This document shows, piece after piece, positions 1-8,964 of a stretch of 64,000 bases of DNA (positions are counted from its first letter, which is position 1; each line of letters starts with the position of its first letter). Location: the NCBI GenBank assembly GCA_016931055.1, contig JAFGFL010000062.1:17451-81450 (forward strand), written 5' to 3'. The position numbers and the translations under genes were made by a program. Origin of the DNA: Candidatus Omnitrophota bacterium (lineage in GTDB: Bacteria > Omnitrophota > Gorgyraeia > Zapsychrales > Zapsychraceae). The notes below the pieces were generated by a model, which saw only the letters and a list, made by a program, of their open reading frames with translations, searched no databases and was not told where the DNA came from.

Positions 1-875
1 CCATTGAGGTTTTTTAACTCCTCAAAAGTGTATTTCTTCACGAAACCGGACAAATCATCTAAACGGTCCTGGTGGACCAACCGGCCATCCTGGACGTTCG
101 CCTTCGCCAACATGGCGTCCCTTACCCAACTTAAAAGGATATTAAATAACCTCTTTGTTTCTTCTTCATCCTTCAGTAAGCCTTTGATGCGGGCGTCTGA
201 CGGGCGGTTTAATATAAACTCATCGATGATCTCATTTTTCCGATCGACAAATCGGCCTTCTTTCAATTGCCGCGCTCTTGTCAAGGACCCTTGCGCGAAA
301 TACGTGTAAACGCGCGAATGGTGCGTGTCAAGCCCATGCCCATTATTTAACCGTTCGGCTAAGTCATGATCAGAGAAAAACGGAAAATGAATGACATGAC
401 ACCGCGACTGGATCGTGCTTAAAACCGTCTCAAGCGTTGACGTCGTCAAAAGGATCAGCGTTTCCGCCGTCGGCTCTTCCAAAGTCTTCAAGAACGCGTT
501 AGCGCCATCCAGCGTTAAGCTTTCGATATTTTTAAGGATAAGGACCTTTTTGCCGCCCATGAACGACCGGAGTTTGTTACAGCTTAGGAGTTCCCTGATT
601 TCTTCGATGCTGATCGGTTCGCCGCCTTCATGGCTGACCACAAATACATCCGGATGGTTCCCGGTATTAACCTGAATACAGGAAGGACAGGCATCGCAGA
701 ACATCTCTTCCCGTCTAGCTTCACAATTCACCAGTTTGGCAATAGCCAGGGCCGTCTCCGTCTTTCCGATCCCGGGTGGCCCGGCAAAAAGGTAAGCATG
801 CCCCAAGCGGTTCTTCCGGTCGAGGACCGCAAACCGCCGGAGAATGGTCTGATTATACTGCAGTTCCTTTTGCAT
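1..875 (-). CDS. holB: DNA polymerase III subunit delta' (HolB); 3' end cut by the window edge
   Basis: Absent from the ORF track because it runs off the window. My translation from ATG 875 reads MQKELQYNQTILRRFAVLDRKNRLGHAYLFAGPPGIGKTETALAIAKLVNCE..., with P-loop GPPGIGKT and a CDACPSC zinc module. The frame stays open to position 1. It follows tmk, as in many bacteria. Confidence 0.8.
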   Translation of the reverse strand, partial: MQKELQYNQTILRRFAVLDRKNRLGHAYLFAGPPGIGKTETALAIAKLVNCEARREEMFCDACPSCIQVNTGNHPDVFVVSHEGGEPISIEEIRELLSCNKLRSFMGGKKVLILKNIESLTLDGANAFLKTLEEPTAETLILLTTSTLETVLSTIQSRCHVIHFPFFSDHDLAERLNNGHGLDTHHSRVYTYFAQGSLTRARQLKEGRFVDRKNEIIDEFILNRPSDARIKGLLKDEEETKRLFNILLSWVRDAMLAKANVQDGRLVHQDRLDDLSGFVKKYTFEELKNLN

Positions 876-882
876 AAACCCT

Positions 883-1506
883 CTAACGCAATTTTAATAA
901 CCGGTCAATATGCCCTTTGACGATATTGAATATTTCTTCTTTTGGCTGATCGGCATTGATCAGTTTGACGCGCCCGGGTTCGCGGCGGGCGATCTGGATA
1001 TAACCTTGGCGGACCCTGTTATGATAGGAAATGGTGCGCCGCTCGATGCGGTCCTTTTTCCTCCCCTGAATACGCGACAATCCCTTCTTGGCGTCAATAT
1101 CAAAGAAAAACGTCATCTTTGGCCGGATATCCTGTGTCGCAAATCTGCCTATCCGCTCAATGGCCTTTATATCGACACCATTGCCATACCCTTGATAGGC
1201 TATCGTCGAATCCAAGAACCGGTCGCAGAGGACAATTTTCCCTTTTTTTAAAGCCGGCGCTATAACTTCTTTGACTAACTGCGCCCGCGCGGCCATATAA
1301 AGCAATGTCTCGCATTCGCTGCCCATTTTTGCATTCCTTATATCCAGCAAAACATTCCTTACCTTCTCGCTGATTTTGACCCCGCCGGGTTCACGCACAA
1401 ATAGAATGGGCTTATTCTTCTTTCTCAAATAGCGGCATACCAATTCAATCTGCGTGCTCTTGCCGCAACCTTCCGAGCCCTCAAATGTAATCAATGTCCC
1501 TTTCAT
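883..1506 (-). CDS. tmk: thymidylate kinase
   Basis: P-loop FEGSEGCGKST and overall Tmk layout. I moved the start to ATG 1506, which has GGAGG 6 nt upstream and an ATGA overlap with the cysS stop, rather than the track start at 1518. Confidence 0.9.
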   Translation of the reverse strand: MKGTLITFEGSEGCGKSTQIELVCRYLRKKNKPILFVREPGGVKISEKVRNVLLDIRNAKMGSECETLLYMAARAQLVKEVIAPALKKGKIVLCDRFLDSTIAYQGYGNGVDIKAIERIGRFATQDIRPKMTFFFDIDAKKGLSRIQGRKKDRIERRTISYHNRVRQGYIQIARREPGRVKLINADQPKEEIFNIVKGHIDRLLKLR

Positions 1507-2888
1507 GCCCGCCTCCAAACCTGGCCTTCTTTTGTGTCCTCAACAATAATTCCTTTTGTCTTTAACGCATCGCGCAATTCATCCGACTTCTTGAAATCCT
1601 TGTTTTCCCGGGCTTTAATCCTTTCCATCAACAGCTTTTCTTCCTCAACAGATATTTCTGATTCTTTAAGAAAATTGATACCGAAAATATCGGATACTTC
1701 CCTTATAAAATCCATTGCCCTGCGCAACAGAAACTGTTTGCCTTCCGTATCGCTATTCATGAACTTGTTGCAATCGTTGACCATATCGTATATGACCGAC
1801 AACGCTTTGGGCGTGTTAAAATCATCGTCCATGGCCGACTCAAATTCCGTCTTTCTCTTAAGACTCCAGTCTGAACCCATTCCGCCAGTGGCTTTATTTA
1901 TTTTATCAAGCTTCTTCATCAAAATACTGACGCGGCCGTACGCTTTTTTCACCTCCTCCATCTTCTCCCACGAAAAATCTACCGGGCTGGCGTAATGCGA
2001 CTGCAAAAAGAAAAGCTTTAAGATATCGCTTGAGTATCTCTCAAAGACTTCATCGAGGGTAATAAAATTTCCCAGCGACTTTGACATCTTCTGGCCGTTA
2101 ATGGTCAAGAGCCCGTGATGGATCCAATGCCTCGCGAAAGGTTTTCCCGTTAAAGCTTCGGATTGCGCGATCTCGTTCTCATGATGGGGAAAGATCAAAT
2201 CGCGGCCGCCGGCATGGATGTCAATCGTTTCGCTTTTCAGTTCATTCATGCTCATGCAGGAGCATTCGATATGCCAGCCGGGGCGGCCTTTCCCCCAGGG
2301 GCTTGGCCAGCATTTCTCGCCTTCCTTCGCCTTTTTCCAAAGAGCGAAATCCAACGGATCGCGCTTTTTGGGGTCTTGTTCGATCCTGGCCGCCTCGATC
2401 ATCTGATCAATGCTTTGGCCGGATAGCCTCCCGTAATTCTTGAATTTGCGAACGCTGTAATACACATCCCCGTCCACCTCATACGCAAAACCTTTCTTGA
2501 TGAGCGCCTCAACAAAGGCAATGATCTTTGGAATATACTTCGTTGCCCTCGGTTCCCTGTCAGCCTTGCGGATCCCGAGATTCTTAAGGTCGCGCTCATA
2601 AGCCTTGATATTTTCCCGGACAACATCGTCAAAAGATTTATTGAGCTCTTTGGCCTTGTTGATAATCTTATCATCAACATCGGTAATATTGCGCACGAAA
2701 CGGATATCATAGCCTCTATACTTCAGATACCGGCGGACCACATCAAAAATATACAGGCTTCGCGCGTGGCCGATATGGCATTTATCATAGACCGTCACCC
2801 CGCACGAATACATGCGCACGGTCTTCCCGTCCAGAGGGACCAATTCTTCTTTCTTCTTCGTCAGTGAATTATGAATAAGGATGGCCAT
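1503..2888 (-). CDS. cysS: cysteine--tRNA ligase
   Basis: 461 aa with class I motifs HIGH (CHIGHARS) and KMSKS. Confidence 0.95.
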   Translation of the reverse strand: MAILIHNSLTKKKEELVPLDGKTVRMYSCGVTVYDKCHIGHARSLYIFDVVRRYLKYRGYDIRFVRNITDVDDKIINKAKELNKSFDDVVRENIKAYERDLKNLGIRKADREPRATKYIPKIIAFVEALIKKGFAYEVDGDVYYSVRKFKNYGRLSGQSIDQMIEAARIEQDPKKRDPLDFALWKKAKEGEKCWPSPWGKGRPGWHIECSCMSMNELKSETIDIHAGGRDLIFPHHENEIAQSEALTGKPFARHWIHHGLLTINGQKMSKSLGNFITLDEVFERYSSDILKLFFLQSHYASPVDFSWEKMEEVKKAYGRVSILMKKLDKINKATGGMGSDWSLKRKTEFESAMDDDFNTPKALSVIYDMVNDCNKFMNSDTEGKQFLLRRAMDFIREVSDIFGINFLKESEISVEEEKLLMERIKARENKDFKKSDELRDALKTKGIIVEDTKEGQVWRRA

Positions 2889-2943
2889 ATGAAGATCAAT
2901 ATATTAACGCGAGGGCACGTCGTTTTACTCCAACGGTTGAAAA

Positions 2944-3636
2944 TCAATCGTTCTTTTCTTTTTCTTCCAAAGCCCTGACCCGCCTGATCAGGTCTTTCAG
3001 GTGCTGCATGATAGGATCGGAAACATGGACATGGTCCATCATCAGGTCAATCCTCTTCCCGTCCTGCTTGGTAATGTGCCCGGGCACGCCGACGACCGTT
3101 GAATTCGGAGGAACGTTCTCCAAGACAACGGCATTCGCCCCGATATAGCTGTTATCGCCAACCGTGATGTTCCCCAACACCTTTGCCCCGGCCCCAATAA
3201 CGACATTGTTCCCGATTGTCGGATGGCGCTTTCCCGTTTCTTTTCCGGTCCCGCCTAACGTCACCCCTTGAAAAAGAGTCACATTGTCCCCGACGATCGC
3301 CGTCTCGCCGATCACGACACCCATCCCGTGATCGATAAAAAACCCTTTCCCGATTAAAGCGCCGGGATGGATTTCAATACCTGTTATAAGCCGCGCCAAC
3401 TGGGAAACAAACCTCGGGAAGAACGGGACCTTTATTTTCCATAAGGCATGGGCTATCTTATAGGCAATAAAAGCATGGAGCCCCGAATAAAGCAGGATGA
3501 TCTGCAGATACCCTTTCGCCGCAGGATCCTTTTCCTGTGTTTCTTTGATCGATTGCTGAAAAAAGATTGCAACCAAAAGGACATAGGCAACAATGATCAG
3601 CAATAAAACAGATACGGTTATGCTCAATCCCATCAT
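2944..3636 (-). CDS. cysE: serine O-acetyltransferase with a hydrophobic N-terminal extension
   Basis: DPAAKGY...GIEIHPGA...FIDHGMGVVIGETA and hexapeptide repeats match short-form CysE. The first ~25 aa (MMGLSITVSVLLLIIVAYVLLVAIFF) look like a TM helix. Confidence 0.85.
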   Translation of the reverse strand: MMGLSITVSVLLLIIVAYVLLVAIFFQQSIKETQEKDPAAKGYLQIILLYSGLHAFIAYKIAHALWKIKVPFFPRFVSQLARLITGIEIHPGALIGKGFFIDHGMGVVIGETAIVGDNVTLFQGVTLGGTGKETGKRHPTIGNNVVIGAGAKVLGNITVGDNSYIGANAVVLENVPPNSTVVGVPGHITKQDGKRIDLMMDHVHVSDPIMQHLKDLIRRVRALEEKEKND

Positions 3637-3640
3637 TCAC

Positions 3641-3717
3641 TCCCGTCATTTTTCCTCATTTCCATTAGGAGGAAATGATGAGACTCGTACCCATCCCTTA
3701 ATCGGATGGTACGGCCT
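3641..3717 (-). promoter_or_regulatory. conserved two-hairpin leader element, copy a (fills the ispF-cysE spacer)
   Basis: The sense sequence AGGCCGTACC...GGGTACGAGTCTCATCATTTCC...GGAAATGAGGAAAAATGACGGGA aligns end to end with the copies at 37488-37567 and 59039-59117. Its terminal GGGAG lies 3 nt before the cysE ATG. Confidence 0.6.
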
Positions 3718-4202
3718 CATCCATTAAGTGGTTCCAACAGCACGGTCGCGAAAGCGGCTATTCCGCGCTTCCGGCCGATAGCGCCCAACTGCTCGTGCGT
3801 GGTCGCTTTAATATTAACCACGCCTTCCTTGACGTTTAATTTACCCGCTATGTTCAAGCGCATTTGCGGCTTATAGGGGCTTAACTTCGGCTCTTCGGCC
3901 AGAATGATGCAATCGACGTTCCCAACCCGATAGCCTTTTGCGCCTGCCAACGCGCACACTTGTTCCAAAAGAACCAGGCTTGATATGTCCTTATATTTTT
4001 TGTCCGTATCCGGAAAGTGCTCGCCAATATCCCCTTCCCCCAAGGCGCCAAGGATAGCGTCACAGACCGCATGCGCGAGCGCGTCCGCATCGGAATGACC
4101 GTCCAACCCGCGTTCGTAAGGGATCTCAACGCCGCCTAAAACGAGTTTGCGGCCCTTCACCAAGCGATGGATATCATATCCTATGCCAATACGCTGTTTC
4201 AT
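3717..4202 (-). CDS. ispF: 2-C-methyl-D-erythritol 2,4-cyclodiphosphate synthase
   Basis: 161 aa with IGYDIHRL and HSDADALAHA motifs. Confidence 0.95.
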   Translation of the reverse strand: MKQRIGIGYDIHRLVKGRKLVLGGVEIPYERGLDGHSDADALAHAVCDAILGALGEGDIGEHFPDTDKKYKDISSLVLLEQVCALAGAKGYRVGNVDCIILAEEPKLSPYKPQMRLNIAGKLNVKEGVVNIKATTHEQLGAIGRKRGIAAFATVLLEPLNG

Positions 4203-4223
4203 ATCTCTTTAAACCCAGACATA

Positions 4224-4910
4224 TTATTGTTTCCGTGAACCGAGCAACGATTTGGCCATCGTTAAATCCTCTTGGGTCGTGATCTTGATGTTCGTGTAAT
4301 CCCCAGGAAGGACCTTCACTCTAACGCCTAAAGACTCGACTAACATCGCGTCATCCGTCGGTGCCGTCTTCTTTTTCCGTTTGTGGGCCTTTATTAAAAG
4401 TTCTTTCTTAAAGACCTGTGGCGTTTGGACCTCCCAAAGGCCATCACGTCTCAGGGTTGCCTCGACCGACAAGTCGCTTGCATTAACCCTTTTAATGGTC
4501 GACGTGACCGGGACAGCCACCACCACCGCTTCTGAATTCTGACAAAGCCCAACAGCCTCGCTGATCACCTTAAGAGAGACCAACGGCCGCGCGCTATCAT
4601 GGACAACAACGATATCCGTGTCCGGGTCCAAGGCCGCAAGCCCGTTGGCAACGGATTCGCGGCGTGTTTTTCCGCCGGCGACAATTCTTGTGACCTTTTT
4701 TAACTGATACTGTTTGACCATCTTTTCAAAATCGGAAAGGTGCTCTTCGTTCCCGACCAAGATGACGCTCTCGATCTCCGGGCTTTGTTCGAATACCTCC
4801 AAGGTATGCACACATAAGGGTTTTCCGCAAAGTTCGACAAACGGTTTGTGAACGCCCGCATGTAACCTGTTTCCGGTTCCTGCTGCTGGTATGATCGCCT
4901 GGATTTTCAC
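4224..4910 (-). CDS. ispD: 2-C-methyl-D-erythritol 4-phosphate cytidylyltransferase
   Basis: IIPAAGTGNRL motif. I trimmed the start to GTG 4910, which is 10 nt after the upstream stop. The track ATG at 5000 would overlap the preceding gene by 80 nt. Confidence 0.85.
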   Translation of the reverse strand: MKIQAIIPAAGTGNRLHAGVHKPFVELCGKPLCVHTLEVFEQSPEIESVILVGNEEHLSDFEKMVKQYQLKKVTRIVAGGKTRRESVANGLAALDPDTDIVVVHDSARPLVSLKVISEAVGLCQNSEAVVVAVPVTSTIKRVNASDLSVEATLRRDGLWEVQTPQVFKKELLIKAHKRKKKTAPTDDAMLVESLGVRVKVLPGDYTNIKITTQEDLTMAKSLLGSRKQ

Positions 4911-4920
4911 GATAGACCGC

Positions 4921-5898
4921 TTACGATAGTTTTGCAAAGACCATTTTCCCGGCCTGTGTTTGTAAAACGGACGTGACGCGAGCGGAGACTTTTTTTCCAA
5001 TCAGGTTGCGCGCGTCACTGACGACCACCATGGTCCCGTCATCCAAATAGGCTAACGCTTGCCCCGGCTCTTTCCCTTCCCGGACCAATTTCAGTTCCAT
5101 GACTTCTCCGGCATAAATCACAGGCTTGACGGCGTTGCACAGGTCATGAATGTTCAGGACCCCGATCCCCTGCAATGCCGCGATGCGGCTTAAATTAAAA
5201 TCCGTCGTGCATAGGCGCGCGTCCAATAATTTCGCCAACTTCATCAGCTTCGCATCCACTTCTTTTTCTTCGTTCAGTTCATCTTCATGAACGCGGACCT
5301 GGATCTTCGGGTCGCTCTGCATCATTCTCAATAATTCCATTCCCCGCCGGCCGCGCTGGCGTTTGTTTTCATCCGATGAGTCGGAGATTTTCTGCAATTC
5401 CTGCAGCACGCACCGGGGGACGACCAAACGGCCGGTCAGAAAATTCGCTTTATAAATGTCCGCCACGCGGCCGTCGATGATCGCGCTCGTGTCCAAAAGG
5501 ATCGAACTGCCGCTCACATCCTGCCGCCGGAACCGGACATAGGGGATAATAATATTGAACTCGTCTTTCCCGCGCAAGGCAACCACCGTGCCCAAATAGG
5601 AAAAAATGATGGTCAGGACCACGCGGGAAATGGACAGAAAGAAAGGGTCGAAGGGAATCAATTCCAGAATATCAGAAATCAATTTTGCCATGAACACGCC
5701 CAAAAGAAGGCCGAAAACCATGCCGGATAACCCTCGCAAAGAAATGCGGTGCAGTCGCTGCTCCAGAAACATCAACACCAAGCCGCTGATGGCCCCCAAC
5801 TCCAAACCCAACATCGGCTGCTCAATAATGGTCCCGATATAATACCCGACGATAGCGCTTAAAACGAGAAAAAAGACCCGGATAAACAATAGTGTCAT
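4921..5898 (-). CDS. PIN/TRAM domain membrane protein (YacL-like)
   Basis: N-terminal TM helices, a PIN-like core (LLDTSAIIDGR) and a C-terminal TRAM-like fold. It sits between radA and ispD, as yacL does in Bacillus. Confidence 0.75.
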   Translation of the reverse strand: MTLLFIRVFFLVLSAIVGYYIGTIIEQPMLGLELGAISGLVLMFLEQRLHRISLRGLSGMVFGLLLGVFMAKLISDILELIPFDPFFLSISRVVLTIIFSYLGTVVALRGKDEFNIIIPYVRFRRQDVSGSSILLDTSAIIDGRVADIYKANFLTGRLVVPRCVLQELQKISDSSDENKRQRGRRGMELLRMMQSDPKIQVRVHEDELNEEKEVDAKLMKLAKLLDARLCTTDFNLSRIAALQGIGVLNIHDLCNAVKPVIYAGEVMELKLVREGKEPGQALAYLDDGTMVVVSDARNLIGKKVSARVTSVLQTQAGKMVFAKLS

Positions 5899-5908
5899 TC
5901 GTCTCCCC

Positions 5909-7273
5909 CTATGTCAGAGCCTCTAAGGCTTCTTTGACTGTTTCCACGCCGATAATGTTGATGTTTTTCTTTTTTAAATCCTTATTCATCTTCAAATTGT
6001 TCTTGGGTACGATGCACGTCTTAAACCCGAGCTTGTCCGCCTCGTTAACACGCACCGCAAGCTGGCTGATGCTGCGGACCTCTGACGAAAGCCCGACTTC
6101 GCCCAGAATAACCGTATCGAACGCAACCGGTTTGTCCAAAAGAGCCGAGGCCAAAGCGATTCCCACCCCTAAATCAGCAGCCGGATCCATCACCTTAACG
6201 CCTCCGGCCACGTTCAAGAAAATATCCTTATCTTGCAGGTTGAGGCCCAATCTTTTCTCAAGGACGGCAACCAGCAAAGACAGCCGGTTTGCGTCAAACC
6301 CCTGGGCCTTTTGCCGGACCATGCTGAAATTCGAACGGCTGACCAATCCCTGGATCTCGACCAAAAACGGCCGGCTGCCTTCCATGATCGGCACAACGAC
6401 AGAGCCTGAGGCGTCACGCGGCCGCTCCGACAGGAAAAGTTCAGACGGATTGGCAACTTCGATTAATCCGGCGGGAGTCATTTCAAAGACCCCGATTTCG
6501 TTGGTGGAACCGAAACGGTTCTTGGTCGTCCTCAGGATACGGTACGTCGAATAGCGTTCGCCTTCGAAATAAAGCACCGTGTCGACAATATGCTCCAAGA
6601 CCCTTGGGCCCGCCAGCATGCCGTCCTTCGTGACATGCCCGATAATAAATAAGGAAATCCCTTTGGACTTTGCCAAATGCGTCAATATCGCCGCGCATTC
6701 CCGGACCTGGCTGACGCTCCCGGGTGATGAAGATATCTCGGGGCTATAGATGACCTGGACCGAATCGACAACAACCACATCGGGTCTCATCTTGTTGATA
6801 TACCCGATCATATCTTCCAGGTTCACTTGATTAACGATATAAAGCGACTTGTTTTCTTTCGCGCTCAAGCGTTGGGCTCTCAGCCTTGTCTGCTGAACGG
6901 ATTCCTCCCCGCTGACATAGAGCACTTTCAGTCTTCTCTCGCTTAAAGCGCAGCCGACCTGCAAAGCTAATGTCGATTTACCGATCCCGGGGTCGCCCCC
7001 GATCAATGTGACCGCTCCGGGAATAATACCCCCGCCCATAACCGTGTCAAATTCCCTGAGGCCCGTGACATGCCTTTTCTCCTCGCCGGTCATGACATCC
7101 GTCAGAAGAACCGGTTCATCTTTTAAAGTGACGCGGTTTCGTTTATCGGTCAACGGGGCATCGATCTCTTCGACCAACGAATTCCAGCTGTCGCACCCGG
7201 GGCATTTTCCGGCCCATCGGGGAGATTGTATCCCGCAATTCTGGCAGATAAATACGGTCCTGGTTTTGGTCAT
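5909..7273 (-). CDS. radA: DNA repair protein RadA
   Basis: Zinc finger CQNCG...CPGC, Walker A GDPGIGKST, a KNRFG motif and a Lon-like C-terminus. Confidence 0.95.
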   Translation of the reverse strand: MTKTRTVFICQNCGIQSPRWAGKCPGCDSWNSLVEEIDAPLTDKRNRVTLKDEPVLLTDVMTGEEKRHVTGLREFDTVMGGGIIPGAVTLIGGDPGIGKSTLALQVGCALSERRLKVLYVSGEESVQQTRLRAQRLSAKENKSLYIVNQVNLEDMIGYINKMRPDVVVVDSVQVIYSPEISSSPGSVSQVRECAAILTHLAKSKGISLFIIGHVTKDGMLAGPRVLEHIVDTVLYFEGERYSTYRILRTTKNRFGSTNEIGVFEMTPAGLIEVANPSELFLSERPRDASGSVVVPIMEGSRPFLVEIQGLVSRSNFSMVRQKAQGFDANRLSLLVAVLEKRLGLNLQDKDIFLNVAGGVKVMDPAADLGVGIALASALLDKPVAFDTVILGEVGLSSEVRSISQLAVRVNEADKLGFKTCIVPKNNLKMNKDLKKKNINIIGVETVKEALEALT

Positions 7274-7287
7274 GGTAAATACTTAGT

Positions 7288-7376
7288 GAAGATTGAAAAT
7301 GGAAAATTGACTATAGACGTTCCTCGACCTTTAAAAGATCCCGTCCCCCCTCTTCCGCCTTCCATTTTCCATCTTC
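7288..7376. repeat. long imperfect inverted repeat in the mlaD-radA spacer
   Basis: GAAGATTGAAAATGGAAAA (7288-7306) pairs with TTCCATTTTCCATCTTC (7360-7376). The arms match at 16 of 17 positions and are separated by 53 nt. Confidence 0.6.
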
Positions 7377-8110
7377 TATCCTCCATCTTCTTTATCTATT
7401 TCTTTTCGCTTAGGCCGATACAACAGTTTCCACGGATGCTCTTTCAAGTCAGCCGTCAATCCCTGCAAATCATCATAAAGCCGCTCATCGTATAATAATT
7501 TCCCAATAGTCCCTTTGCCCTCTTTCATGTCAAAGACCATACCGTCCAAGCTTCCGGTTAAAGAGCTTAAATTTTTTAACGTTGTCCCAATCGAATCAAC
7601 ATTGTTTTTGTCGGTAATCAGCCGGTCAATACCGCCAATAGCGTTTTCCAGCTTGTTCGATACTTCCATAACGCGCGCGGAGATCGCCTCTTGGGCGATC
7701 GGGTCTTTCCCGAGAACAATCTGATCGTCTTGGAAAAAATTCAGGTTATCCTCGCCCGGAGAAATCTCAATATACTTCTCCCCCATCATTCCCAGCTGAT
7801 TGACGGTTATGACTGAATCGCCGGGGATCATGGTATCCTGCCTGATCCGCAGGTCCACTTCAACCTTGGTCTTGCTGTCCGCGCGGTCAAAAAAGAGTTT
7901 GATATCCTGCACAATCCCCTGATCAACGCCGGCGATCCGCACGGGCGCCTTTTTCTTAAGGCCGTTCGCAAACCCGAAAATGACCCGTATGGTCTTCCCT
8001 TTCTCCATAACGGACGAATCGCTGACGGAAAAAATAAACATCGTCAGGGCAGCCAAAGCGATCAGCATGAAGATGCCGACTTTAAATTCAAGATTGGATT
8101 CTCTTGGCAT
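7376..8110 (-). CDS. mlaD: MlaD/MCE-family lipid-transport substrate-binding protein
   Basis: N-terminal TM anchor plus an MCE domain. It is the last gene of a permease-ATPase-MCE triplet. Confidence 0.8.
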   Translation of the reverse strand: MPRESNLEFKVGIFMLIALAALTMFIFSVSDSSVMEKGKTIRVIFGFANGLKKKAPVRIAGVDQGIVQDIKLFFDRADSKTKVEVDLRIRQDTMIPGDSVITVNQLGMMGEKYIEISPGEDNLNFFQDDQIVLGKDPIAQEAISARVMEVSNKLENAIGGIDRLITDKNNVDSIGTTLKNLSSLTGSLDGMVFDMKEGKGTIGKLLYDERLYDDLQGLTADLKEHPWKLLYRPKRKEIDKEDGG

Positions 8111-8187
8111 ATGATGTTCTCCCGTTTAATGGTCTTTATTGTCCAAATACGCTACAGCGCCTCGGGACACAAAATGCTTTTTAAGAC

Positions 8188-8961
8188 TTAGTGCGAATGC
8201 CCGAAAATCAGGTTCTCATTATCCGTGATCGGCCCGTGCGCCTCCCCGTGAATAAACTGTTTGACCACGGGATGCCGCGTGTTGCGTATCTCATCAGGCC
8301 TGCCTTCCGCAATTACCCGGCCATGATAAAACATGGCGATGGAATCCGCAACCTTGTAAGCGGAATTCATGTCATGCGTGACCACGATCGAAGTCACCTT
8401 CAGCTTGTGGCTGAGGTCAATGATCAGGTTGTTAATCGCATCCGCCGTGATCGGGTCCACCCCGGTCGTCGGCTCGTCATAGAAGATCGTGTTTGGCTTC
8501 ATGCACAAAACGCGCGCCAGGCTCACCCTTTTTTTCATGCCCCCGCTTAATTCGGAAGGCATCATCTTCTCGATCCCCTGAAGGCCGACCAGACCCAAAG
8601 CCTCCTCCACTCTTTCCCTTATCGTTTTCTTGTCTAACTTCATGAATTCATCCAGCACGAATGAAACGTTTTCGGCGACATTCAGCGAATCAAAAAGAGC
8701 GCCTCCCTGAAAGACCATCCCCATTTCCATCCGGAATTTATTATATTCTCTCTCGGAAAGGTCCGTGACTTCCTGGCCGTTAATCTTGATCGATCCGGAG
8801 TCCGGCTTCATGATGCCGATGATATTCTTCAAAAAGACGCTTTTCCCGACCCCGGAACGCCCGATCACAACCTTGGTTTCACCGCCATTGACCGTTAAGG
8901 TCAGATCCTTCAGGACAATGTTGTCCCCGAATGCCTTACAGAGGTCTTTGATTTCGATCAT
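8188..8961 (-). CDS. mlaF: ABC transporter ATP-binding protein (MlaF-like)
   Basis: Walker A GRSGVGKS, signature LSGGM and Walker B IFYDEP. Confidence 0.85.
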   Translation of the reverse strand: MIEIKDLCKAFGDNIVLKDLTLTVNGGETKVVIGRSGVGKSVFLKNIIGIMKPDSGSIKINGQEVTDLSEREYNKFRMEMGMVFQGGALFDSLNVAENVSFVLDEFMKLDKKTIRERVEEALGLVGLQGIEKMMPSELSGGMKKRVSLARVLCMKPNTIFYDEPTTGVDPITADAINNLIIDLSHKLKVTSIVVTHDMNSAYKVADSIAMFYHGRVIAEGRPDEIRNTRHPVVKQFIHGEAHGPITDNENLIFGHSH

Positions 8962-8964
8962 GAC

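Noticed and set aside
4-920. Plus-strand ORFs 4-309, 415-675 and 630-920
   Set aside because: They are antisense to the holB gene, which I could translate continuously on the minus strand with clear clamp-loader motifs.
3458-3649. 63-aa ORF starting at the AUG inside the leader tail (AUGACGGGAG)
   Set aside because: The equivalent AUG is in a different frame relative to the downstream gene in each of the three leader copies (out of frame in a and c, in frame in b). The conservation is therefore at the nucleotide or structure level, not the coding level.
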